Under the pieces are notes generated by a model. The model made no database searches and was not told the origin of the DNA. It worked only from the letters and a program-made list of their open reading frames with translations. This document shows positions 41,186-54,744 of a stretch of 64,000 nt of DNA, piece by piece. Made by a program: the position numbers and the translations under genes. Each line of letters opens with the position of its first letter. Position 1 is the first letter of the stretch. The stretch is from Octopus sinensis (taxonomy: Eukaryota), in assembly GCF_006345805.1 (NCBI RefSeq), contig NC_043017.1, positions 15,190,001 through 15,254,000 on the forward strand, given 5' to 3'.

Positions 41186-41220
<35 letters not shown>

Positions 41221-41230
41221 TTAGATATAT

Positions 41231-41279
<49 letters not shown>

Positions 41280-41420
41280 TCACATGCATGGCAAAATCTT
41301 CTCTTCCGTTTCCGTCTACCAAATCCACTCACAAGGCTTTGTCCGGCGCGAGGCTATAATAGAAGACATTCGACCAAAGTGCCACGCAGTGGGAGTGAAC
41401 CCGGTTGGGAATCAAGCTTC
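40372..41420 (-). mobile_element. Cluster of SINE family A copies (40372-40560 3' half; 40583-40985 near-full; 41295-41420 5' part)
   Basis: ttttacttgtttcagtcatttgactgcggccatgctggagcac; gtttccgtctaccaaatccactcac; gctgaacccggaaccat. Confidence 0.88.
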
Positions 41421-41689
41421 TTTAGTTCATTAAATTTGCCACAAGGGCAGCACACAGAGAGAAGCTTGCGGGCTGGACGCAGACATTAATGGGATGAATG
41501 ATAATGATGCAAGGATGATAAGGATGGGAGAAGACGAAAAGCGCCCGCCGACTTTCGCTTCTCTAAAACATTGTTCTTTTTTCTTTTTTAACCACACAAT
41601 GAGGCGATAAACCTCTTACATAGTTCAGAATTTAAAAAAATAAAAAAAACACACTCACACACGAGACAATAATCCTCTAACTTTTTCCA

Positions 41690-42122
41690 TTTTTCAGACT
41701 CTTTTTGAGGTAATCCACCTCTTACACAAACGCCCAACACTTCAACTCTTCTGTCCGACCAGGCTCCTCGCTTCATTGAAGCACCTGGACGGTTTCAAAC
41801 TTGAACATTTCATCATGTATCTGAAGGAGTTCATATGACCTCCGCAGCCACCTGCGAAGGCCACTCAGGGTCCTCCGTGCAGGACAGAAGCCCCACCCAC
41901 CGGCCCTTCCTTTCAATTTTGCCTATTACACTATGTAATGGCCCTCCCTTGTGGAAGAGGACCATAAATTCCTCCTCCAGCGGCACATCCGCCGAAGGAG
42001 CAATGTACCGGTTTTCTTTTTTCGTTTCTTTTTCCCTTGGACCGCGGGAGGGTGGTGTTCCTTTGCTGTGTCCAGCAGGTCCTCCCTTCCTCCCGCAGCC
42101 CTCGCGTCCGTCTGTGCCTGCG
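41690..42122 (-). pseudogene. Coding-like relic of an unidentified multicopy element
   Basis: Minus frame EEEFMVLFHKGGPLHSVIGKIERKGRWVGLLSCTEDPEWPSQVAAEVI*; GC-rich island cut off by (TA)n; no recognisable domain. Confidence 0.3.
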
Positions 42123-42179
<57 letters not shown>

Positions 42180-42215
42180 CAAAGTAAAGTTATAAGATAC
42201 CGTACGAGTGGAAAA

Positions 42216-42704
<489 letters not shown>

Positions 42705-42926
42705 TATATTATATATATATATATTATATATATATAAGAGTAGTTGAATGAATTATCTTATTTTGGATAATTCGGTTAACTGATACCTGGGTAGCAAATT
42801 CATGTCAGAAAAACACGGTTAAAGCTACATGCCAAGGGCAGAGATCACGTGCTTTCGTGTGGAAATTTGTGTGTTTTTTTAATACAAATAAATGAAAGAA
42901 TGGAGTTGAACGACGAATTAACAAAA

Positions 42927-43025
42927 TTCCTTTATTCTCGACATATGTTTCGAAGGCTGCATATTCCTAATTTCGAAGGAATAAGGGATGCATTATGCCG
43001 CCTTCTCATCAGGAAAAACAAGGAA
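42927..43025 (-). ncRNA. Type I hammerhead ribozyme (intact core)
   Basis: Minus strand: ttccttgtttttc CTGATGA gaaggc...gccttc GAAA CATATG TC gagaataaaggaa. Stem II 6 bp plus a gcata/tatgc extension; palindromic stem III ACATATGT; GUC cleavage triplet; stem I 5 bp + 2x2 loop + 6 bp. Confidence 0.85.
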
Positions 43026-43818
43026 CTTATGTCAGCATCAAGATGAACAAAAACTTTTAGATGACTGCCCACATGGAGCCCATAGCGATAATGAGTGTTT
43101 CTTTAAAATATTCCGTTATAAGCAGTGACGTTGAAAATGGTTGAATGTAGAAGATTCTAGAAGGTTCAAGGGTTCAAACAAGGTAGGAGGAGAGAGGTCT
43201 AAGAATAGGAAGGTGACAGGGTGCAAGTCATATGAATGGTGATTTGTTGTTGTTTTCTTTTGTGAATGAGTGCCTATGTGTGTGTATGTATATAATTGCA
43301 TTCATGTCTATGTGTGTGTATGTGTGTGCGTGATTGAGTGTGTGGTTGGATAGATCCCCAAAACAAACAGTGGTGAAGTGACAGGTTTGTGTCTGTGTGT
43401 TTGATTGTGCTTACGATAGAGAGAGGGAAAGAGAGAGAGAGAGGAGGAGGGCGAGGTAGAGAGACAAAGGTAAAACATACCTCAATGAATTGGGTAGTAG
43501 TCCTTTATGTATATAAAAATTTTACTATTGGGGTGATGTATAAATGGGACCAAATTATTAAAATTCAAGGAGGTTATCTATATTAATCATCATTCATATG
43601 AGTGAAAGGTGTGTTTCTGCCAGTGCATGCACCTATAGGATTTTTCGACCATTGTATTTATTAAAGGGACTTTGGCGAGCCTTCTAGAATCTTCTACATT
43701 CAACCATTTTTTACGTCACTGCTTATAACGGAATATTTTAAAGAAACACTCATTATCGCTATGGGCTCCGTGTGGGCAGTCATCTAAAAGTTTTTGTTCA
43801 TCTTGATGCTGACATAAG

Positions 43819-43916
43819 TTCCTTGTTTTTCCTGATGAGAAGGCGGCATAATGCACCCCTTATTCCTTCGAAATTAGGAATATGCAGCCTCGAAACATAT
43901 GTCGAGAATAAAGGAA
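43819..43916 (+). ncRNA. Type I hammerhead ribozyme (mirror copy)
   Basis: CTGATGA 43832-43838, GAAA 43892-43895, ACATATGT 43895-43902, C17 at 43903; one-base deletion in the 3' strand of stem II (gcctc). Confidence 0.8.
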
Positions 43917-43949
43917 TTTTGTTAATTCGTCGTTCAACTCCATTCTTTC

Positions 43950-44004
<55 letters not shown>

Positions 44005-44087
44005 TTATATGTATGTATATAGAGGGGTATATATATCTGAATATATGTCTGTGTATGTATGAGTGAAATAGATAGATAGATAGATAT

Positions 44088-44159
<72 letters not shown>

Positions 44160-44679
44160 TAAAGGTCTGAAATCCTTCGCTGATATATCCCAAAATTCAT
44201 GTTTTAAATCTTGTCAACTTTACCTCCTGGAGTGATTCCCCACTCAACCCTAACCCAAACTCTCCATTCCTCCCAAATTAATAAAATGTACGTGGTTGGG
44301 GTTGGAGATAAATAACACAGTGAACAGGGTGGAAGTTGAACTGAGAACGTGTGTGGAAGTACTTAGAAGATATGTAAATATAAAAACAGCTGGAGCGTCG
44401 GTGGACAACTTTTTAGTCATTTAATCCGGCAAGACAGTGCTTTTGTCGTTCATCGTCTTTTAGAAAGAATATCAACTTGTAGAACCAATAAACGAGAAGA
44501 CAGCTGAGACAATAAATAGGAATCTTTGTGGATGGAAATATTTTCTGTTTTGTGAACCAATTCCATAGACCATATTTCTAAACATGTTTTGTCAATATCA
44601 AAATGGATTCACCCGACTCCAAAATCTGTTCTTTAAATGAAGCAAAGATGGTATATGTAAACAGAGACCAAAAAAAAAT

Positions 44680-44685
<6 letters not shown>

Positions 44686-44760
<75 letters not shown>

Positions 44761-44769
44761 AATATAATA

Positions 44770-44842
<73 letters not shown>

Positions 44843-44926
44843 TTGTCAGTTCCTCCAGAAATACATAATATTAAAAGAAACTAGAATATTTCTTTTGGTG
44901 ATATAAAAGAAAACCAAACTACAATA

Positions 44927-44973
<47 letters not shown>

Positions 44974-45000
44974 GATGACGACGACGACGACGACGATGAT
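44686..45000. repeat. (AAT)n run (~44686-44842) and (GAT)n>(GAC)n run (~44925-45000)
   Basis: Direct reading. Confidence 0.95.
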
Positions 45001-46140
45001 TTAATTTCAGAATTTCAGAAACACTTCAAATATTTGATGAAAGATTCTCAGCACTGCTGACCCAGCAGTTTAAGAATACTTCGTGTCAGTTTATTTTGAT
45101 GCTGTCGGAAACACTTGTTATATTATTTATAGATATACATCTATATAAGGCGACGAACTGGTAGAATTGGTGGAGCATCGAAATAAATGATCTGCGCTGT
45201 TTGTTCCGGCTGTTTGCGTTTTGACTGCCGAGGTCAATAAAACATGTCAATTTCTGGAGTTGATAAAATAGAATAAAGCCCCTCCCCTCGAAACTGTTCA
45301 TCCGTCTGTATTAGAAGCCTCTGTATCTGTCGAATTTGGTTTATATACGAAAGTCACGATGCGATGTTGAAACGAGTCATCTTTATCAGACTAAATCCAT
45401 TTCTCAACAAGAGATATAAATAAAGCTACTCTGATTGGTTAATTTTATATTACCTGACTGCGCATGTCACAATACTTCTCTGACGATAACGTTTGTAAAA
45501 TAACTGCTTCGTCATATGTCAGTAAACTCTCTGGACCGAAGTCCGTTTCAGGTTTGAGTATTTTAGATGGTTCAAAACTCCTTCTTCTGCATTTCAATGG
45601 GACCACTAACGTACATGAGTTACCAGCCATTGTTAGTCGAGAGGTAAAATAATGTGGCCAACTAACAGTAAAATCGTTGGGAATGAAACATTTCTCTTTT
45701 TCCCTTTCCTAGAAAATTTCCTGCTACATTTCAAAGTCCTCTCTTCGTTTGTTGCAAAAGTGACCAAAATTAAGCATCAATTCACATATGACAATTTGAC
45801 TGATATCGGAGCCCATCAGAGTTTGCTGGTTCCCGAAGGACTATTTTTTTAATAAGGACTTCGATGACAGAAGGGAAAACTTGAACTCAAGACTCAAAGA
45901 GCCGGAACTATTAAATCAAAACATCTCGCCACAACCTCTAACGTTCTGCTTTCGACGCTCACTTAACTTATCGACCCCGAATAGATAAAAGGCAATGCTG
46001 ATTTGGTCCGTATTTTAAGTCCTGGAGTCGATTTGTTCGACTAAAGGCGGTGCTCCAGGATGGCCGCAGTGAAATGACTGAAACAAAAGAGTAAAAGAAT
46101 CAAAGAAAATATGCTTATATGTATATGCATAGATATATAT

Positions 46141-46363
46141 CACCGTGACCGACCAAGCTATCAGATGTTGCTACACATCGCTGGTCACAATGCGCTTTGC
46201 ATTGTTTTAGCCTTCAAACGACGTCACCCCGCTGGCTAAGTGAGCAGGCCAACAGAAGAAAGAGTGAGAGAAAGTTGTGGTGAAAGAGTACAGCAGGGAT
46301 CGCCCCCCCCCCCTGCCGGAGCGTCGTGGATCTTTAGGTGTTTTCGCTCAATAAACACTCACA
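46141..46363 (-). mobile_element. SINE family E, 3' part
   Basis: Reverse complement of ~49890-50115 (gtgtttattgagcgaaaacacctaaa...cattgtgaccagcgatgtg). Confidence 0.85.
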
Positions 46364-46389
46364 TAGATAGATAGATATACTATGTATCA

Positions 46390-46610
46390 AATAGTACATC
46401 AGATATAACTGGCACTCTGTCGGTTACGACGACGAGTTTTCCAGTTGATCCGATCAACGGAACAGCGTGAAATTAACGTGCACATCTGAATACACCACGG
46501 ACACATGTACCTTTAACGTAGTTCCCCGGCAATTCAGCGTGACACAGAGTGTGACAAAACCAGACCTTTGAAATACAGGTACTAAACATTTTTGCCAGCT
46601 GAGTATGAAC
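46390..46610 (-). mobile_element. SINE family B, 3' part
   Basis: ggcactctgtcggttacgac...gatccgatcaacggaacagc is the reverse complement of 53505-53570. Confidence 0.8.
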
Positions 46611-46700
46611 GTATATATATATATTATATATATATATATCACGCGTACGTAACTAGAGAGAGAGAGAGAGAGAGACAAAGAGATAGATAGAGAGAGAGAA

Positions 46701-46733
<33 letters not shown>

Positions 46734-46926
46734 TGTTTCTTTATTAGCCACACACGGCTGGACACAGACGGGACAAATTGCAAAGTAGAGATTTTCTTTT
46801 TGGGGAGAGAAAAAAAAAGGTGGGTTAGGTTTTCGATCAAGCGGGATCGTAGAAAGGAAAAAAAAAGAAAAAGAAAGAAGAAAAAAAGAAAAAAACGATC
46901 AATAGGGATCCTGTATCACAGAAATG

Positions 46927-47012
<86 letters not shown>

Positions 47013-47379
47013 ACAAATTTGTGTAATATATGTATCATGTGTGTATGTGTGTGTGCGTGTGCTGTATCAATCCCACAATTCAAATCGATGTCAGTGGTTA
47101 ATCTTCACGTTGATCCTCTGACCACAAAGATTGCGATAAGCCACTTCTTCAGTGAAGTCACCATTCGGTAATTCATCAATAGCTCACACACCGATCATTC
47201 CACAAATGCCAAATATCGATCCCTGATTATCCTGCTTCCCTATGGATGCAAATGGCACAACATCCAATAATGATTATTCGATTCTTAATGGTTCTGCCTG
47301 GAATTTCCATTATGAGATGTCAGTTCATATCAAATGGTAAAGTCTACATCTCTCCTCCGTTTCTTCCTACCTTTCAATG

Positions 47380-47453
<74 letters not shown>

Positions 47454-48529
47454 CGGAACAGTACATTTTATATATACACACTCACACGAAAAAATATTCC
47501 ATATGTAAAACTAGATTGGGATACATTATATGACAAGCAATGGCTGTTTGAAATCAAACTCAGAATTCCACGTTTCCGATAGTTCGAACGACTGGAGCAA
47601 TCAGAAACCTTTCTAACACTCACGCGCGTGCACGCACACACGTATGTATAGAAATAGGGATACGTATTTCTCTGTACATGTATGTCTATTTACATTCATA
47701 TGTACATATAAGATCTGTAAGCGGAATGGATGACATATACAAGACTTGTCTCAAGTTCAAAATGCGCCATTGTTTTTCTTATATTTTAAACATGGAAATT
47801 TGTACCTGTGTCAGAATCCACCCCTTCCACACAGGACGACTTCCACACAGGACGACAATTCAAAGCTGAACTGAACATATATCTGTATATTCGTATGTAC
47901 GTATATAAATACCCCTCTTGTTGCAGGGCCCAGACGCAATAAACCCGTAAGCCCTTTAAGCACATAAGTCAATGGGCTCAACACCAATATGGATATCTCT
48001 AGATAGAGTTACGTGTTGGAGCACATCCCATTTAATATACGATCTGGATTTCACAATCACCAACAAGACAACTACATATGTAACAATTACATCGGTCATC
48101 CTATTTAGAATAAATCCCTTTATGAATAAGATACTTGAAGTTACGATGACGGACTACATTTATACCACGCGTCTGAACACATCAGAGTGCCCTTCTTTTT
48201 GTTAATGTGTGTAAAAAAGTATTCTTCGTTACATCTAGCTTGTATAGATCGAATACAGTTCGATATAAGTTTCTCTTGATACAGAGTTGTTATACCCAAA
48301 ATATTGAAATATAAGCTAAACGTGTAAACCACTGTTACTTCTGCTTACACTACTTAATTTCAAATTGGCGTTGTAGAGACAATCTTAAGCAAATTACAAT
48401 CGGTAGGTGAACTATAGAATTACTTTTTCATTATACATACGTCTTCCAAACGCCTCTACATTCAAAGCACGATTTATTCGTAATCAGAATTGTCCGAAAA
48501 CCGAGATCCCTGCCGTACGGTTTTACTTC

Positions 48530-48880
48530 CACACACGCCAGCTTAATTCAATTCGTCCTTAGTCGAAATACGCCTGTTATTTGTACTTGTGTAACATTCT
48601 GTTTTTTTTTTCGTCCCTGTTTTCGTATACATTCGCTGCTTTCTTCCAAGGAATCTAATGCTCTTAGCTTCGTTTTCCTTGGGGCTGACCAGATTGGAGC
48701 AATCTCGAGTATAACCAGCAGAAATTGCAAAGATAATCTGGAACTCGACTGAGGAAAGAAAACTCCGAATGACCCGTCATTGTTTTCTTTGTATCGTCTG
48801 TCTGGATGTTTTTTTGTCCCTTTTTTGTATCTCCTAACTGTCTGGATTGTTTGCGTTCTTGTCCCATTTTCCAATTTACA
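48530..48880. mobile_element. Interspersed repeat (LTR-like), second copy
   Basis: Shares motifs with 24540-24740; ends ...tttaca before (TA)n. Confidence 0.5.
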
Positions 48881-49555
48881 TATATATATATATTCTTTTA
48901 TTCATTTACTCGTTTTACTGATTTGACTGGGGCCATGCTGGAGCATGAAATTTGTTCACCATTCCATAGCAGATCTGTTGTACTTACACTTTGACACTTG
49001 GCATCAGAAGCAGCTGGAGATACGATAGTTTGACTAAAAGAACCGGGTAATGCAACAAAAGAAAATATTGAAAAAACGCATTTGGCCAAATTTGGACATA
49101 CGGCAGTTCAACATTATAGCAACAATTATACATATATATATGTCTGTGTCTATATACTTTAATATATAAGCTATATAAATATGTATGCATGTATGATGTA
49201 TGCATAAGTGCTTATTTTTAAGTGTGAGTTGCAGGGCAAAGCAGCAGAAATGAAGACAGCGGAAGGAAAGCAAATTTCAAGAGATTGCAGGTGTATGGAA
49301 AGAAGAATTAGTCCTAGAATATCCAGAATGAAATATATTTTCCTTCAAACTAATGAAATAAAACAGCAGTGTTACCATAGTAACCCAATATTTATATACC
49401 AAGAACACAGGTGACATCTTGCTGCGCCAGTTGCGGCATCGATTTTCTTCCCGAAATCGTTTTGTCACTGATTCAATGGAGCGTGTGTCTTCATAATGGC
49501 CGCTTCCATGCACGGGAGCACATGTGTACGTATATATATATAATATATATATATC

Positions 49556-49712
<157 letters not shown>

Positions 49713-49786
49713 ATATATATATATTTATATATTTATATAAGTATACACATAATATAAATGTATAAGTACATGCATGTATATTTATG

Positions 49787-49821
<35 letters not shown>

Positions 49822-49822
<1 letters not shown>

Positions 49823-50116
49823 GAGGTGCAATGGCCCAGTGGTTAGGGCAGCGAACTAGCGGTCGTAGAATCGCGGTTTCGATTCCCAGACCAGGCGTTG
49901 TGAGTGTTTATTGAGCGAAAACACCTAAAAGCTCCACGAGGCTCCGGCAGGGGGTGGTGATCCCTGCTGTACTCTTTCACCACTCTTTCTCCCACTCTGT
50001 CTTCTGTTGGCTTGCTCGCTTAGCCAGCGAGGTGGCGTCATTCGAAGGCTAAAACAATGCGAACGCATTGTGACCAGCGATGTGTAAGTAGATCTGATGG
50101 ACTGGTCGGTCACGTG
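49822..50116 (+). mobile_element. Full-length tRNA-derived SINE family E
   Basis: ggaggtgcaatggcccagtggttaggg (A-box), ggtttcgattccc (B-box), body matching 46141-46363. Confidence 0.85.
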
Positions 50117-50118
50117 AT

Positions 50119-50175
<57 letters not shown>

Positions 50176-50591
50176 AGCATATACATAATATAAATATACG
50201 GGTACATATATATGTATATAATTATACATATGTTCATGATATAAGTATATATAAATACATACACGCACAAACATACACACACTGATATACATACGTACGT
50301 ACATGCATACATATATACATATATACACACATATATAAAGTAATACAAATACATTAGCTTCTAATGTAATTCTTATTGTTTCGCCAAACAATTGGGGAAA
50401 CGTTTTACACATGTTCTATAAACGCTGTTTGCATGGCATGCGTTTGATTTCTAGAGTAGCGTGCTCTGGGTTAATTGCCAGGAGTTAACTGTAAGTCTGC
50501 ATGTGTGTATATGTAGAGTTGTGTTCATATACATACATATACCTATGTGTATAGGCGTGTGTGATTTTTTGGACATATATACATGCATGAA

Positions 50592-50860
50592 TTCGCGTGG
50601 CCTAGTGGCTAGATTGTTATCGCAAGACACTGGTTTCGATTCCCAGACTGGTGGTATTCTGTATTCTTGAGCAGAACACTCCATTTCACATTACTTCAAT
50701 CCCTTTCGCTTTAAAAGGGTTACCCTGCGCAGACTGGCATTTCCTTGAAGAGGGAGTGTTAGTCTTCCCGCCAGGCTAGCAGAGTGGTGTCATTCAAAAG
50801 TTCAAGGACTCTACCGATTCAACGAAGCTCATCGCCATTAGCGGGGTATAACAACATCCC
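50592..50860 (+). mobile_element. tRNA-derived SINE (family C-like)
   Basis: cgcgtggcctagtggctag...ggtttcgattcccagac...tattcttgagcagaacactccatttcac. Confidence 0.7.
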
Positions 50861-50902
50861 ACCGGTTAGTCGATACACACACACACACACTTTATATATA
50901 TA

Positions 50903-50945
50903 CTAGCTGAGGTACCTGGTTATACCCAGGAGCAGGGATATTCCC
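50903..50945 (-). mobile_element. Helitron-like 3' terminus
   Basis: Minus strand: cctggg tataa ccagg hairpin, then tacctcagCTAG followed by T. Confidence 0.5.
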
Positions 50946-51516
50946 AGTACCCATTACAATGCATAATTTCTCTCAGACGAACCCTGAAATCAAGACAGAA
51001 GGCGTAGGCAAATTCATTCGCGAAACAATAATCCAAATAAATACCAATGTGGAATCGGAAAATGGCGATTGTTTGATGAGATGAGCGAAAAGCTGCAAAT
51101 ATGGAATCCAGATTTATGCCTTGATTTCATTGGTCGGTAGGCGTATGCACGTGCGAGTGCACACGTGTGCGCGCACGCGTGCGATGTGTGAGATGTTTTG
51201 AAGGCATCAATGTAGAAGTTTAATGTGTGAAAGGTATAGAAATTTGCTCAGATGTCATCCAATGAAATGAAGGCATCTGTGATTGGGCATTCTGCACGTT
51301 AACATGATTTTGTAGACTGACAGACATAAAGGTGACATACAATGTATAATACTTGAGGAAGCAACATGGAACGTTTAACGATGCTTATTCGTGACACTGG
51401 AAATGGTAAATGATTAGGAGACTTACCTGTGATTGCCGAAGTCGCGTGATATATTGGATTGAATTTCAGTGTTTTAATTACCAAATTAATCAATCGCAGA
51501 CATCTTAATTTGTCTT

Positions 51517-51890
51517 ACTCTTTTAATTGTTTCAGTCATCTGACTGTGGCCATGCTGGAGCACCGCGTTTAGTCGAGCGAATCGACCCTAGGACTTATTC
51601 TATCAGTCTCTTTGGCTGAACTGCTAAGTTACGGAGACGTAAACACACCAGCATCGGCTGTCAAGTGATGTTGGGGGGACAAACAGACACGCATATACAC
51701 ATACACACACACAAACACACACATATATATATATACATATACGGCGGGCTTCTTTCAGTTTCCGTCTACCAAATCCACTCACAAGGCTTTGGTCGGGCCG
51801 AGGCTATAGTAGAAGACACTTTCCCAAGGTGCCATGCAGTGGGACTGAACCCGGAACCATGTGGTTCATAAGCAAGCTACTTACCACACA
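51517..51890 (-). mobile_element. SINE family A, near-full
   Basis: ttgtttcagtcatctgactgtggccatgctggagcaccg ... gggactgaacccggaaccatgtggtt...ttaccacac. Confidence 0.88.
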
Positions 51891-52359
51891 GTCGTTCTTC
51901 GTCTAACCAAGCAAAATAGAGGTGTTTTATTTTACCTGAGTATTGTTGCAGGTGAACATAAATGCTTTCAAATCGTCTCCTTACTAAAATTTGTATTAAC
52001 CAATGATAGCAGACAGCTACTTATAACGTGGATTTTCAGGAAGCTGTGTCTCACAACACTGGCTAAAGAAGTAAGTAGTCGACGACACATAAATAGATAT
52101 TACTAAGATATATATATGTGTGTGTTTATGTGTGTGTGTGCGCGCATGTGTGTGCGTGTAAGTACGTATCATTTTAAGTAATTGAACGCATCCACCATTC
52201 ATTCGTTCCACATAGACATTACTTATAACTAGATTATTTATATCAGGTTAGTGAATAAATAAATAACATGATTAGAAGTATTAAGAGTTGACTCGCGATA
52301 TTCAGGTATGTCTAGTTGAGGCAAACATACACAAAAACACACACACACAAGCATACATA

Positions 52360-52392
<33 letters not shown>

Positions 52393-52620
52393 ATACATAT
52401 ATGTATGTATGTATACAGAAACATATATAGGGAGTATATAGAGAGATATATAGTAAAATAGATGTACATTTATGTGTGCGCGCGTTATGTGATTTCTGTG
52501 TGTATATCTATATACACATGTGTGTATATATATACATATGTATGTATATATGTATTATATTATAGCATGCATATATTGTAATGTAATATCTTATCAAACA
52601 CTCACTTACACACAGATGTG

Positions 52621-52678
<58 letters not shown>

Positions 52679-53319
52679 ACTTATTTTGCGTAGATGTATG
52701 TGTGTGTATGCTTGTATAAATGCATTGAAGACATGACTGTGTTTGAATGTAGTTTTCGTTCTGTGTTCTTTCTTTCTTTTTCTGTTTCTTTTTTTGCGAC
52801 TATGAACGTTTCCTTGTTGTTCTTGATAAGGAAATATGAAAATGTCGAATAAAAGAGATTAAGCACGAACATAATGGTCGTTATAGTAATACACAGTAGA
52901 GGAAGAATCGTAGACAGAGATGTGTGCGTGCGAGTGTGTCTGTATGTCTGTTTATATGTGTAAGTACTCTTACGCGCACACACCCACACACACACTTCTC
53001 AAAATACTTCAAACTTCTCTTCCCACAATCATCTTCCTCCAATTTGTTCCCCCTTCCTCTTCCTCCTCCCCCCCTTTCATTAAAGGCATAGAAACCTCGA
53101 ATTATATAATGAACTGTTTCTGAGTGAATCTCTGTGTATGCATGCATGTATGTAGGTAGGTATGTCTGCAAATGACTGCAAAAAGGTTTACCATCGAATG
53201 AAGCCAGTTTATGAGCCGAAGAATTCTGCACCAGCTCCTTTGCTTTCGAAAGGATGACCGCGGATGGTCGTTGGCTCAGGATATTTACCTCACGAATTTA
53301 CGGTCATGAATACCCGGCA

Positions 53320-53572
53320 GCACATTGTGCCATTGCGCAAGGCCCTTTATTCCACATCCTTAGCTGGCAAAACATGAGTTGTACCCGTAATGCAAAGCGG
53401 AGCCAGCCATGTGACATTCCCTGTCACGCTGAATCTCTCTGAGAACTACATTAAGGGATATGCATGCCTGCGGTGTGCTCAGCCACTTGCACGTTCATTT
53501 CACGAGCAGGCTGTTCCGTTGATCGGATCAACCGAAACGTTCGTCAACATCGTAACCGACGGAGTGGCAGTA
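53320..53572 (+). mobile_element. SINE family B
   Basis: cattgtgccattgcgcaaggccctttattccac...catgagttgtacccg...cgtaaccgacggagtggc. Confidence 0.8.
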
Positions 53573-54744
53573 TACATGAGGACCCTACATGAGCATGAAA
53601 TATTAAATTCTATTTGTTGTGTTCGTTTATGACAGCTGATACGGGGATGTGGTTGTTGGTAGGGAGTTCAGTGACAGAAGGATTAAAAGGAGGAACCGGG
53701 CCTTGTGCTATTTAAAAACGTTATTTTATGTTCAGAGCTCAAAGCCGGGCATTTGTCAAGATTGTCTTTCATAAAGTCTGAAAAGATGTCAGGCAACTGT
53801 GAGTTTATTCGACACAACTATCTTCCCCTCAGCCCCTCCATATATTAGACACATGTCCATCATAAACCTATTTAATTACAGCTAATTAATGACATTCAAA
53901 AGGATGACGGTCGCTTGTCAGAATAGGCCAAGTGTCGTAATGTATACCTTGTGAGTTGTATTCAACCATTTGAATTTCTTTGAGAAACGTGACTTTCTTC
54001 TCAATAAATGAAGTACCATTGATATGCTGAGGTATTAATGCCTAGCTGCTCACCCCGACAAATGTGTGGTATGTAACGTTTCCTTGGCATTTATGAAAGA
54101 GGGAAGGGCTCGTGACATGGTTTAGAAAAGAGGAACGTTTTCCTCAGATCAGAGTTCAGGCCTAAATGCAAGCGCAGAGTGAACTTCGCTACATGCACCC
54201 AAAGATCAGTTGGTTGTGTTAAACGTGGTGCTTAGGCTACATATGAATAATTCGATACTTATCTTTTATTGGAGAATATTCTAGAAAATGTTATATTTTC
54301 TAAACACGGCTGACATTTTAACATAATTTGGTTTAAATATTTCAAATAAATTCTAAAAAGAAATACAAATGCTGCTCGATGGAATGTATATTTTTTTATT
54401 ATCATTTTAATTAATTGTTACTTCTAATTAACATGACTTCATCTACATTAATAACTCTTCATTTATGATCACTATATTGCTTTCAAATAAGTGTATATTG
54501 TGTATGTGTGTGTATGTTTGTGTACGTGTGTATTTTGTGATGTATGTGTGCGAATTTAAATAGATATGTAGATAGATATATACAATCTGTGTGTATGTGC
54601 GTATATGTAATATATACATATTCCTGTGTGTATCTGTTTGCGTGGGTTTGTATGTACATCAAACACTAAGATATCATATAAACTGAACTGTTGTTTATAT
54701 CTGTCTATATAGTTACAGTGTTCGTTAAAATCTATAAACATACA

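Larger units (their letters stand above)
42890..43953. mobile_element. Penelope-like non-autonomous structure: ~275-bp inverted arms (42890-43164 / 43680-43953) with a ~515-bp spacer
   Basis: Arms differ at only a few positions and each carries a hammerhead reading outward. Confidence 0.8.

Noticed and set aside
44240-44262. Telomere-like ccctaaccc
   Set aside because: A single unit, not an array.
47825-47856. 16-bp tandem duplication ttccacacaggacgac x2
   Set aside because: Ordinary slippage duplication; no further units.
49229-49495. Possible small exons (ttgcag|ggcaaa..., cacag|gtgacatc...)
   Set aside because: Weak polypyrimidine tracts and no homologous protein recognised.
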